This document shows, in pieces, positions 1 through 12,393 of a stretch of DNA of 64,000 nucleotides. Within the stretch, counting starts at the first letter, position 1, and every line of letters starts with the position of its first letter. Below the pieces are notes generated by a model. It saw only the letters and a program-made list of their open reading frames with translations. It ran no database searches and had not been told where the DNA came from. The position numbers and the translations under genes were made by a program. The stretch comes from Octopus sinensis (Eukaryota), in the NCBI RefSeq assembly GCF_006345805.1, contig NC_043000.1, positions 65,162,001 through 65,226,000 on the forward strand. The letters run 5' to 3'.

Positions 1-848
1 GTTATCAATACCGTAATCTGAATACACAGTACCATTAAATTTCAGGTGATTTTACGAATAGTTGGGAAATTATTTTTATTAACTTATTTTCCACAATTGC
101 AAATTACTAAATTTTTACCAGTAAATCTGGATGTATTTCATATTAGAAATATCGATTTTAATCGCGATTCGATAACTGAATTGAGATAATGCTGTCATAA
201 GCAATACAGTTAAGAGTTTCTTCAAAATCAGCTGGCAAAAGTTATTTACATCACAAATTGTTGATAAACAAGTCTGTAAACTTTGTTGGATATTCCATCT
301 CCTCTTGGGAATTGACCTAACAGAGATGTGTACTCTTAACAAATGAAGTTGACTTGTCTGATCGTTTGTCTGTAAAAGAGGGGAAAGTCTCCATCATTTT
401 TGTCTTTCAGGCTCGGCTGTATAGTAAGTCAAGCGCCAGATTAATAAGTGACTGTTGATAGAACTAGTGATCATAAATTTTAATGACTATATAATACCAT
501 AGCTGAATGTAGTCATTGAGTTTTAGGGAAAGTAGGTTGTATCAAGTCACCTAGATGTGGAGAGGAGATTGGTATATCTAGTGTAAATAGTGTACTGTCA
601 GTAAATTAAATATATCAGTGACCATTCTAGTAACGATAAGGGAGACAGATAATATTACTCGATGGTGGAGCAAAGTTTCCAAACCGTTCGGAATGACGAT
701 ATGCATTTTAAGTCGGTGAAGTTTTTATACCACTTGAATGTGATTGTATGTGCTTTGTCATAGACATGTGAAAATATCTCGTTCGTTCTGATGGAGACGG
801 GGTTATATGATAACCGACATTCTAAAATCAATTTATACTTTTTACTGT

Positions 849-1231
849 AGGCACAAGGCCCGAAAGTTTGGGGGAGGGGGCCAGTCGATTAGATCGACCC
901 CAGGACGCAACTGGTACTTAATATGTCGACCCCGAAAGGATGAAAGGCAAAGTCGACCTCGGCGGAATTTGAACTCAGAACGTAAAGACAGACGAAATAC
1001 CTATTTCTTTACTACCCACAAGGGGCTAAACACAGAGGGAACAAACAAGGACAGACAAACGGATTAAGTCGATTATATCGACCCAGTGCGTAACTGGTAC
1101 TTATTTAATCGACCCCGAAAGGATGAAAGGCAAAGTCAACCTCGGCGGAATTTGAACTCAGAACGTAATGGCAGACGAAATACTGCTAAGCATTTCGCCC
1201 GGCGTGCTAGCATTTCGACCAGCTCGCCGCC
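849..1231 (-). mobile_element. tRNA-derived SINE family A, head-to-tail dimer (Octopus-type)
   Basis: Minus strand starts GGCGGCGAGCTGG with A-box-like and B-box GTTCAAA(A)TTCC motifs. Body CCGAGGTCGACTTTGCCTTTCATCCTTTCGGGGTCGAT is present twice. The same family recurs more than 10 times in the window. Confidence 0.9.
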
Positions 1232-1589
1232 ATCTTAAATCAATTTATAGCATTTAAAAATGAACACGTGTTCTTGACCCCTAACGATGTTAGTTGAATT
1301 GTGTGTGTATCGAATAAATGACAAACTAAGTGCAAATGAAAATCATAATCGAGAGATTAAGATCTGTTAATGCTAATGTTTAAAATATTGAACGCTTTTC
1401 AAATACGTAAAGCGTTCCAAATATTCAAAGATGTATCAAGTAATTGTTGAATAGTTAACAGAATTTGTTCGTAACAATATAGACTCTAGTCATTCTGTTT
1501 TGATTAATGGGAATTTTGAGAAAAATATTTAATTACTTCGTTTCAGCCAATCTACATAATTACACAATAAACTTTTATGATATTTTCAG

Positions 1590-1622
1590 AAAGTAACCAG
1601 AATGAGGATGCTAAGAACAGAT
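1590..1622 (+). CDS. Candidate 33-nt internal exon (phase 1-1; SNQNEDAKNR) of the unidentified + strand gene
   Basis: Acceptor tattttcag, weak donor GTTAGA. Open and phase-compatible with exon 2695-2865. Confidence 0.35.
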
Positions 1623-2694
1623 GTTAGAATGACATTGTAGTTTAAGAGAAATACAACCTTCCAGTTTCTTGGTAATAGAAATACCTTTAACGTAGTTTGT
1701 TAGGAAAAGAAGTGTTATTACGATTGGAATGAATTGATAACATCCCGTAGAGCGGGAGATTAAATGCTGTATAAACTTTAATCTTGACTTTATGATTCAA
1801 AATCTCACCAGGTTTTCACACTGATTTTCATTCTTTTGTTGTCAATAAAAATAAATAACAGTGAACACTGGGATAGATTCAGCTTACTAAAATTTAATGT
1901 TGTAACAAATTACAAGAATCAGAGTAAAAGGAATAAACGAAGACATTGTATCGTAACAGTTCAAGAGGACATAAAAGGATTATCGATACATATAAATAAT
2001 TTGACAACGAGAGAAGGGGAGAACTTGTACAGATTTGGAGTTAAATTTAGTGCAAAACATGCATTTCAAAGTTTAACAATAATATTCGAATCTTAGATTG
2101 TGTTCAATCTTCGAAGTGATTGTTTGAATATTACCTGAAATAAGATTGCGGTGATCAATGGCTGACTATAGAGAGCGCTTTCTAATATTTAGTTTCTTCC
2201 TCTCAAGTCCAAATTCAAATCCCGCTTTGTTGCAGTTATATTATGACTCCTCCTAAATACCAGTAACAAATTGGATTAGATTCCATTGTCAAATCCCTTC
2301 CTTACAAAAACCAACGCAAGAAATCAAAAGTACTCTTCACGTAGTAATATGGGTTTCATCATACTTTTCTTAATATTATTAGTGGCTTCCTGAATGAAAT
2401 AGAAAACACTTGAACGAAGGATTAAAACCAGATCCAAGACTCGGTTTATCAAGAGTTTTCTTCTTGTCCTTCAACAATCGCCACTAGACTAAAATTGATA
2501 AAAGAAATATGGCAATTGTGATAGGATCTAACTTTGAGCAGTAAGATACCTCACAAAAACCACAGAGTCTGCTGACAGGGCAGTTTCTTGAAAATCAGTA
2601 ACATTTCCCAGGAAACATGTGTATTCTATTTCGCTTAAATTGTTTATTTTTCTTTGACATAATCTCCTCGCTGTTTTCTTTGATTTCATTGCAG

Positions 2695-2865
2695 CAGAAA
2701 CCGACGATAAAGAAGGCGGGGAAGAAAGTGAAGGATTAATGAGTAAAGCGGGGTTGAAAGGAGATCAGTATTGGGACTCTGTTGTTCTCAACCCATATCC
2801 TATCACATTCAGACCATCGACATCGACTGAGAAAAAAGCGCGTGGTCCACATACTGAAACAGACG
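2695..2865 (+). CDS. Penultimate coding exon (171 nt, phase 1-1): ETDDKEGGEESEGLMSKAGLKGDQYWDSVVLNPYPITFRPSTSTEKKARGPHTETD
   Basis: Long polypyrimidine tract plus tgcag/cag (NAGNAG) acceptor, strong G|GTAAGG donor, open frame with non-repetitive composition. Phase matches exon 5714. Product not recognised. Confidence 0.7.
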
Positions 2866-3037
2866 GTAAGGAAAGAATACACTGTGAATTAACGAACAGA
2901 AAAAAAAAACTAGTAATTCGCAGATGACAATATAGTAGTGGTTCTTTACAGTTCATTTATACAATTAATGTATAATACACACACACTTATACACATGCAT
3001 ACAGCATGCACACCTTTCACCACACACACACCTTTCA

Positions 3038-3095
<58 letters not shown>

Positions 3096-3867
3096 TCAAA
3101 CACACGCATAAACATACACGAACACTCCTGTTCTATGCCGAAAGCAATCAATAGCAAACAAGTGGAACACCGGACAAAATGCTTGTAATACTCAAGCAGG
3201 TTTTTACGTTCTAAGTGTAAACTCTACCCAGGTCGACATTCTTTTCAACTTTCCGAAGTCAATAAAGCAAGTAGCACTCAAGTACGAGGGTTGGTTACAT
3301 CGTCTAAACATCACCTCCCAAACTCTCCGAATGTGTCCGTGTTTGAAATCAGCAATTAAACTAAATTACTGTTTACTCAACATCGCTCCCTGTATAAATA
3401 GCATGTTTATTATGGAGCAAAATTGATTCCGACTATGTAAGTCTTTTTATGAACTAGTTCAGTTACAAAACTTAATATGGACGTGTGGTTAAGAAGTTCG
3501 TTTCGCAACTATGTAGCTTTAGGCTCCAGTTCATTGCACAGAATATTGGGTGTCTTCTACCGTAGACTAGAGTCAACCAGAGCTGTGGGAATAAAGTTTG
3601 AACGACAGAAACTGTATGGAAGCCTATCATAGGGGTTGTTTGTGTGTAGTGGACTTAATTCGTCACCCGGTTTAACATCACTTGGTTCATAAGTAAAGCC
3701 CACTCTGTTTCAGACATTTTGGTCTAGATTCCCTGTCTAAGTATAACTTCATTCTTGCTTTCTACTAGTGACAGGAGCTCTTAAAAGAGTCATGGACACC
3801 GCCTTTTCTCTCCCGAGTAAGCCATAGCAAAATACTACATAAAGAAGAGTATCCCATCGAAATCTTA

Positions 3868-4070
3868 TTGGGGCTCTGTGAAGATTTGAATCTAGGAAGA
3901 TTAAATATAACTATCCTTGGAGATTTAAATTCAATCTTAATATTAAAAGGATTGTTTTCTTATTTAGAAGCTGATTTTGTTTGTTATGGAAACGAGGGCA
4001 AAGAAGAGTCTTTTGAATCTTATACTGTAAATACATTCGTATCTTGTATATTTGTAGGAAATCGATCTTC
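3868..4070 (+). mobile_element. Possible decayed LINE APE-endonuclease fragment
   Basis: ORF contains ITILGDLNSIL, similar to the APE xxGDFN motif. No other motif was confirmed. Confidence 0.25.
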
Positions 4071-4751
4071 AATACTTCATTGGTACTTTATTTTATCGAC
4101 TCCTGGAAGGTTAAGTTCAACTAAGTGGGGTGGGGGAGCAAATTCAAAATGTAAAGAGTCGTAACTAATTATTGCAAGCAATTTCTCCAACGCACTAACG
4201 ATTCTAACAATTTATTGTGAATCACTTGCCTAACGATTCTGCCATGTGAAATGCAAAAAACAAAAAAGACAGAAAGAAAAAAAGAAAACTATGGGAGACG
4301 CGATCTCAAAGCCAAGATGCAGGAAAATAAATACTGTTGTATATTTCGTCTGGAGTTCCATTGGATTTACCAGACTTATCGTCTGTTCAATTTGGAAAAT
4401 AAAATAATATTTAAAACAAGGGAACGGTATGAACAGAGAATAAATAAAAAATTCATGAATGACAAGTGGAAACGCAGAAGTTGAAGCATCATACGTACCA
4501 CACCTAATGCGGGTCGAAGTTTAATGTTTTTTCACATTTCAATTTCTCAAATTTGCTTTACAAATACCAAATGGAAATGTGACCTACATGATAAAGATGT
4601 ATGCATATGATTAAGTTTGCACAACCATTTCTTTACAAAAGTACCAGTAACCGTCAACCCATATTTAATCTACAGTGACATTGGAATACCGCCGATGAGA
4701 CTTCGTCGTCAAATAGTATCAACAGGATGTTAGCATGATAGTGATTATATT

Positions 4752-4984
4752 CTTTTACTTTTTTCAGTCATTTGACTGCAGCCATGCTGGGGTACCGCCT
4801 TGAAGGGTTTTAGTCGAACAAATCAGCCCCAGGACTTAATTTTTAAGCCTAGTATTTATTCTATCGGTCTTTCTTGCCGAACCACTAAGTTACGGGGACG
4901 TAAACACACCAACACTGGTTGTCAAGCGGTAATGGGGAAACAAACACAGACACAACCCCGCCCCATATATATATATGTTGTATG

Positions 4985-5036
<52 letters not shown>

Positions 5037-5196
5037 TACAACACTATTCTTTCAGTTTCCGTCTACCAAATCCACTCACAAGGCTTTGGTCAGCCCGAGG
5101 CTTTCGCAGAAGGCACTTGCCCAAGGTCCCACATAGTGGGACGACTAAACCCAGAACCATGCGGTTGGGAAGCAAGCTTCTTGCCACACAACCACG
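4752..5196 (-). mobile_element. tRNA/CORE-like SINE family B with internal (TA)n
   Basis: Minus strand has head GCAGGCGTGGTTGTGTGG, core ACCTTGGGCAAGTG, internal microsatellite and tail CCAGCATGGCTGCAGTCAAATGACTGAAA. Confidence 0.9.
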
Positions 5197-5713
5197 CCTG
5201 CACCTATATATATATATATATTATTTTTATGGAGACCTAAAGGGCTGTTGCTACTATGATATATATGTTAACACCCGAGGTGGTCTACAATCGTTAAGTG
5301 TGTTTGATCAGTTGGAGTACTGTATCGATGACTCTTTGGCATAAATGCGTATAAACGCGGCAAACGGTACTAACTCCATACAAAAATATGGATTTGTTCG
5401 AAACAGATCTTAAAACCACAAACTGATAAAACGGGTCGTACAAAATGTTTGACAATCGCAATAAATCAGTTTACCTTGGAGATGAAAGAAAGTCAGACGT
5501 CTCGGTTAGAATTCTTCATCGTAGAAATATGGGATGCATTCTGGTTGTATTAAATAAGTTATGGGCGAGGTTTGGTGTTCTTTAGTCGCTATCTGTATAT
5601 TCCAAGTAGCATCTATCAACAGTTTACTCTCACAAGAGAAGATCATATGTTTGACCAATAATATCTCAAATTGATGCGTTGAGATATTAAGTATTTTCTT
5701 TTTTCTTCTTCAG

Positions 5714-5961
5714 GTACACCATCTCATTATCGCAGAAGACAATCGATTGAATTTGAAGATTTAATCCTTAATACGAACACAGGTGGCTTAAAGCTTCCAC
5801 CCAAGAACAAGAAGAATCCCTTCTTACAAGTGCATGTCGACAAAAAGTTGAGTAGACCAGTTAAGCCACGTCCAGATTCCCTGGAAGATAACCTCAGTAT
5901 GCGGAAACTAAAAAGGAATATAGACTTACAACAAAAGATGTCTTTTGTGGGAGCAAATTAG
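5714..5961 (+). CDS. Terminal coding exon: GTPSHYRRRQSIEFEDLILNTNTGGLKLPPKNKKNPFLQVHVDKKLSRPVKPRPDSLEDNLSMRKLKRNIDLQQKMSFVGAN*
   Basis: Very strong acceptor ttttctttttcttcttcag, phase 1 entry matching exon 2695-2865, 82 open codons to TAG at 5959-5961. Missed by the ORF track because it lacks an early start codon. Confidence 0.75.
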
Positions 5962-7074
5962 CTAAGAATATAGAACTGTAGATACGAACACTGGATGATA
6001 TAGAACTGTAGATGCATTAAAATAATGTTTTAAATGTTCAGCTATTAAACTGCACATAAATGCCAACAATATAAATTTGTCATAATTAATGTATACTTAA
6101 ATACACGTGTACACAAATGTTTCAGTGACTTAATGTCTACTTAAGAGATTAGGTCAAGGGAACTCAAATCGGTCCTTACTTATGTAGTAAGGAAAAAATA
6201 ATTAATAATATTTGTGCAATGAAAAGAAAAATATATTAGACCACTGATTAAAATTAATTTTATCTGATCTTAGCGGGTACACCCGACATCTACGGACATA
6301 TAAATCGCAGTGACTCGCTTACCAGATATGAGGCAAGCACAAGGAACGCTATGCTTCACCAAGGAGGTCTAGTAAGATAGAAACATACTTGGAATTATCT
6401 TTTCATATTTGCCAATATCAGATTGTCATTGAAGTAAACATTTTTCTTTTCACCGAATAAGTATTAATAATTAATTAGATAATATCTTAATAATTAACAA
6501 TTAATTAGTTATTAGATAATAAGGTTCCTGATGATCATTTTTTTAATATAGATAATCCTTCTAGTAACTTTCATCAGTCATTATGAGGACTTTGGTACCT
6601 ATTTGCGTGGATTATTGTACATCAATATAGTGATGTTCTTATCCAAAATATGACAAATAACAGAAGAGTATGCTTCGCTAAAGAGGTACAATAATAAGGA
6701 AACGTATCTATAGTTTATAAAGATCAGATTAAAATAGTATCAATGTGAAGGATAATGTTCTCTTCTCTTTATTGCTTTAATATAAGTAATTAGATCTTAC
6801 CCTCATTACATTAAGTATTGGCGGTAGGTGACACGCTTGATTATATTTCGTAAGTGTGGCGTCCTAGAGAAACTTCCCTCAGTCATTTTGTACATAAATC
6901 TATTTAGGAATACAAGCACGTTTTCTATTGTTTTATATCTTCTATATTTTCTTGTATTTTATCATTGTTTTATTGTAATATTTTTTCTGTATTTTTATGT
7001 TTGTCTGGTTTGTTTTGCACTCCCACATCAAAACATTGGATCAATTGTTAAAAAACGGATTAACGAAAAGCATA

Positions 7075-7256
7075 CAAGGGGTGCTGATAAGTTCCTGGTT
7101 TTAAGGGTTTCGCCAAAGGCCTTGTTGAAGTTCAGAGTTCATTTACAGGGTTTAGAAATACTGAAGGACTGCTGCCATAAATGTGTGAATGTGAGAGGGG
7201 CATATGTTGAATAAAATCATAATTAACTGATCCTCCCGTATTTTCTTTCCCCTTCG
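7075..7256 (+). mobile_element. Mariner internal-deletion derivative (MITE-like)
   Basis: TA at 7073-74 and 7257-58, 5' end CAAGGGGTGCTGATAAGT. Retains the mariner C-terminus KCVNVRGAYVE*. Confidence 0.7.
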
Positions 7257-7671
7257 TACAAGTAACATGATGACAAGCGAGTTAACAAAGTCGTTAAGAT
7301 GTCGCGCTGCGCGATATTTGTTCCATTTCTCTTCGCTCGGAGTTCAAATCCCACCGGCATCGACTTTGACTTTCATTTTGGAATCGGTAAAAAAAAATTG
7401 GCGGAACTGTGGGAGCGTCGGACAGTCAGATATTTTTCTGGCTCTTTGCGATCCTGAGTTCAAATCTCTCCATGGCTTATTTGAGTGGTAGATTTCACAC
7501 CACCATCTGCATCGGGGTACCTTAGCGAACTCCACGTTGTTACAAGAATTCGGGTTAGGTTTACTGCTTGAGAATACTGTTGTTCGTTTCACCCGTTTTG
7601 GAAGATTCCATAATAGGTCATGGGCACTGCCTTCCGTTCTAACCGAAAAATATAGTTTTAAAATGCATGCA

Positions 7672-8100
7672 TGCAGGCATAGGTGTCGAGTAAGAAGCTT
7701 GCTTCCCAACCACATGATCCCGGGTTCAGTCTCACTGCGTGGCAACTTGGGCAAGTGTATTCTACTATAGTCCCGGGCCAATCAAAGCCTTGTAAGTGGA
7801 TTTGGTAGACGAAAACTGAAAGAAGCCTGTCGTGTATATATATATGTATATATGTCGTGTAAATATATGTATGTTTGACTACGTGTCCTTATATTTAGTT
7901 TGTGCTTGACCTTCACCATTCTTAACAACCGGTGTTTGTGTGTTCACGTCCCCGTAACTTTGCGGTTCGGCAAAAGAACCGATAGAATAAGTACAGGGCT
8001 TAAAAATAAGTACTAGGATCGATTTCTTCGACTAAAGTTCTCCAAGGTGGTACCCCAGCATGGCCGCAGTTTAATGACAGAAACAAGTAAAAGATAAAAG
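7672..8100 (+). mobile_element. SINE family B, full length
   Basis: Head, core GGCAACTTGGGCAAGTG, internal (TA)n and tail CCCCAGCATGGCCGCAG all present. Confidence 0.9.
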
Positions 8101-8722
8101 GTATACAGATATGTTTGGGTATCAATGTATCTGTTACAGAAAAGTGTTCATTAAGCAAGGGTTCTCACAAAACATTGTCTACTTCACCCAACGCTTGAGT
8201 ATACATGAAAGGGAAACATGAACTTGTCAATTAAACTCGAGTCACCTTTAGGGACTGTACCTGAAACTTGTTGAAGGTCATAGATAAAGGCTGTCATTGG
8301 GAAAAGAAGGAACTTCAACGAAAAGAGTGTAAGTTATTGGTTGAAGTGAATGAGTAGAACGAAAACTTCTTTTTTGTCCAATAGATGAAAATATTGGTTT
8401 GAATCATTGCTCCCAATCGAAGTAAAAGTTTTGCAAATTGGGTCCCTGACACATTCCAGTTATACGCAACCCTCATATTGGTAGAAATAGGATTACTGTC
8501 TTTCCTCAGTTATAGGTTTCTTTGATGCGTGGCTCATCTTATCATCAGGTGTGATTTCTCTGGTGCTTTCAGGCAGAATAGAGTTTTCACCAGAATAAAA
8601 CTGCGATGTGTAAAATATGACTTCAGATATTAATTTTATATATATCTGCCAGCATTCTCTCTATGTTGATGTTCTCTGTTGCAGAGTGTGCGCGCACGCC
8701 CGCACGCACACACACACACACA

Positions 8723-8766
<44 letters not shown>

Positions 8767-8910
8767 ACTCCCTGCCCTAACATAGTTACGTTAGTCATAC
8801 TAAAAGATGACTGGTATAGTTTACCTAAAATCACTGTAAAGTATGAGCGAATAAATCAAATGTAAATTTGTGAGACATTGTACGTTAATCGCACACTTTC
8901 TGCTTGGCCT

Positions 8911-8963
<53 letters not shown>

Positions 8964-8964
8964 C

Positions 8965-9014
<50 letters not shown>

Positions 9015-9052
9015 GACAGACAGAGACAGAGATAGAATGACAGACATACAGA

Positions 9053-10417
9053 CAGAACCACGCTAATAGCTTTTGAATGAAAATACCCAATCTGGTCATT
9101 TTTTCCCCCAGAAAATGAATAGTAATGATGCATATTAAGTACACATTGAATATATATTTAACAGAAAGCCATAATATTATAAAATTTATTGACATAATGA
9201 ATTATTTAGCCACATGAGCGCCATTTCGACGGATAACTTTAAAAACCCTATTAGCCATGGAATCTGTCAATTTCTTAATTGCAGATTGAACTGTCTCTGC
9301 TGCAGCTTTGATGGTCGACCATAAGACATTTTTCGACGTAAATTGGCGTCTATCGGCATAAACATCTTGTTTAATGATAGATCAACGATTTTCGATGGGG
9401 TTGAGATCCGGAGATGCCGGCGGCCATACCATCAAACTTTCACCTTGTATGCCGTAAGACCCTAGTAATGTTTGGGTGGTCCTAGAAGAGTGGGAGGGTG
9501 CGTTGTCATGCATGAATACGGGATTCCTTAGAAGTGACAGCAGTATGTCATTTAGTCAGAAATCCAAGACCTCTTTCAGGAGATTGAAGTTGGCGGCTGC
9601 GGTCACTTTAACTCCTTCATGCACCCTAACTGGGTCAACAAGTCTGTTCCTAATGATACCAGCCCACAAGATGACTCCGCCATTCTGTTGTTGACGTCGT
9701 AAACGTTGGTGACGCTCATCCTCAAAACAGACCCAACCATTTGCCCAAACGTCAAGTTCGTCAAGGGTTGCCCTGGTTTCGTGAATGAACAGAATACAAC
9801 TCATGTCTAACGTCATGCACTTTTGGGGCCATTGAAGCCGCAAACTCCTGTGACGGGGCATTAAAGGAGGCAGTTTCAATGGTTCTCGCACGGACGCCAT
9901 GGTCCCAAGAATATGAAATTTCTGGTGGTTTCCGGTACACGAGGAAGTCGGAGACGGTGAAAATGGCTTTGCTTGTTTATCCTGGTTTCCCAAGTAACTT
10001 CCTGCAAATATTCCTTAAATCCTTAGCTGTCACAATCTTGGCGGGCCCACAATTGGATCGTTTCTTCCTTGGTGAAAGGTCCTTCAGGAATCGTCTTACC
10101 GTGTCCACATGACGACCTAACGTCTCCACAATGACATGAAAAGAGGTGCTTTTAGCACTTTCCTTGATGATGACAGACTCTTCTTCATCGTTAAGGCCTT
10201 TTCTACGTCCCATTTTTCTAAGAGAGGAGAGACGCTATTAGCGTGGTTCACCCAAAAACTGAAGAATCTGAAAAAAAAGGACATTACACAGAGTAATGAA
10301 AACATAACAATGGTATTGCTATAGTGTGCAAACCAGCTGGGAAAATCTTTATCACAATCGATTCACAGAAAACCGAGAAATACTAAATTTCACTCCTAAG
10401 CTATTAGCGTGGTTCTG
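9053..10417 (-). mobile_element. Full-length degenerate Tc1-superfamily DD37E (TRT) transposon
   Basis: Perfect 20-bp TIRs CAGAACCACGCTAATAGCTT (9053-9072; reverse complement at 10398-10417). Transposase runs from ATG 10213 to stop at 9202, with HTH N-terminus, DETRATLD, and MHDNAPSH...WPPASPDLNPIE with 37 residues between D and E. Carries frameshifts and an in-frame TGA. Confidence 0.9.
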
Positions 10418-10487
10418 AGTCTCTCTATATATATAACGGTAAAATATCAAAAATGTTTTCTGCTTTTCCCATCATGTGCATTTGTGA

Positions 10488-10508
10488 GCGCGCGCGCGCG
10501 CGCGCGTG

Positions 10509-10603
<95 letters not shown>

Positions 10604-10605
10604 AT
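10488..10605. repeat. (CG)n-(TG)n compound microsatellite
   Basis: Direct reading of the sequence. Confidence 0.95.
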
Positions 10606-11192
10606 TTGCGTGCGTGTTGGCGATGTAATGATAGATTAGTGAGAAATGCAAGTGAGAGTTTAAAGATTGAAGGAGAATGGAAAGGTGAGCTGATGGGGAA
10701 AACCGATGTTTCTGTACCTAACACTAACACTTCTACAAAATTATCACCACATTACAACTTACAATATCTCTGCATCTCCTTTCCTTATTTATTTTGCTTT
10801 ACTCCCAAGACGAACACGGACTAAAGATTTAGTTTGTTTATGCACAATGTTCTGGGTTGCATTTACATCATGCTGGAAAATTTCAAATAAATACTTTGAG
10901 AAATGTCATTGTTACTTCAAGATAGGGAACCAGCGCGCGCGTATGAGTGTGTGTATGTTTATGCATCTATGTATGTTTGTAGACATGGATATGCATGTAT
11001 GTACGTACGTATGTATCTCTCTCTCTATATATATATATAAATATACATATATACACAAACATATGTATATGTGTGTATGTGTATGAGTGTGTATGTAAAT
11101 ACACACACACACACATGTATAATAAAGTAGCGAAGTGGGTTTGTGTATGTATACAAACAATACATACATGCAAACGTACATACATGCATGAA

Positions 11193-11223
<31 letters not shown>

Positions 11224-11823
11224 CATACATACATACATACATACACACACATACACATACTCACTCCCTAACAAGAAACCACTCGTCGTGTGCGTTAAGG
11301 TGTAAAACTGAATATTATACAGGCGACAGGATAAACACGTTCTTGACATCATCAGCTAGAAGACATAATAATAACGGAGTTTCGGTTATTAAAAACCATC
11401 TTTGTTTATATAGTTTAAAGACTTAGTTTATATCTAAAACTATTTGAAAGGTCACCAGAATAAAACGCTGCGATGTGTAAAATATGACTTCAGATATTAA
11501 TTTTATATTTATCTGCCAGCATTCTCTCTATGTTAATGTTCTTTGTTGCAGTGCACACACACACACACACACTCACATACACACACTCACATTCACACAG
11601 GCATCTACATACACAAACCCTTGCCATATACCATCGTAACATCAGACATCAAAACCCGCACGAGTGCACGCGATATATATGTGTTTGTGTGTGTGCGTAT
11701 GTGTGAGTGTGTGAGTGTGTGTGTTTGTGTGTGTTTGAGTGAGGGTGTATGTGTGTGTTTACATATATAGGTAAGTACATATGCATATGCATGTATGCAT
11801 ACGTACATACATACAAACATGCG

Positions 11824-11854
<31 letters not shown>

Positions 11855-11963
11855 GTATGTGTACGTACGCACTTGTGCGCATGTGAAGTAGCTATATTAT
11901 GAAAAATAAGAGAGAAACATGTATATGGATATGAATATGTATGCCTATGTATTGCCTTTCGGT

Positions 11964-12049
<86 letters not shown>

Positions 12050-12340
12050 GGGCGCATACATTCATAAATTTATAGAAACAAATGTAAGTAGAGTATGTTG
12101 TACCGACTAACATCTATAAATAAGCCAATGTAGATAATATATGAAGCGTTATACGATACGTACGTACATATATATGTATTTACAAATGCACACATACACG
12201 TTCATTCACACATAAGCTCATAATCATACTCATATTCATATACCTTTTCACACAAATACACGTTCATATATCCAATATTAGTATGAGTAATAAAATGCAA
12301 TAAAAATTAGAGTCATTGGAGGCCAATACACACACACATA

Positions 12341-12393
<53 letters not shown>

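Noticed and set aside
4690-4725. CCGATGA-GAC-ttcgtc-GTC-AAA hammerhead-like string
   Set aside because: The core has CCGA instead of CUGA, lacks the G of GAAA, and has no stem III.
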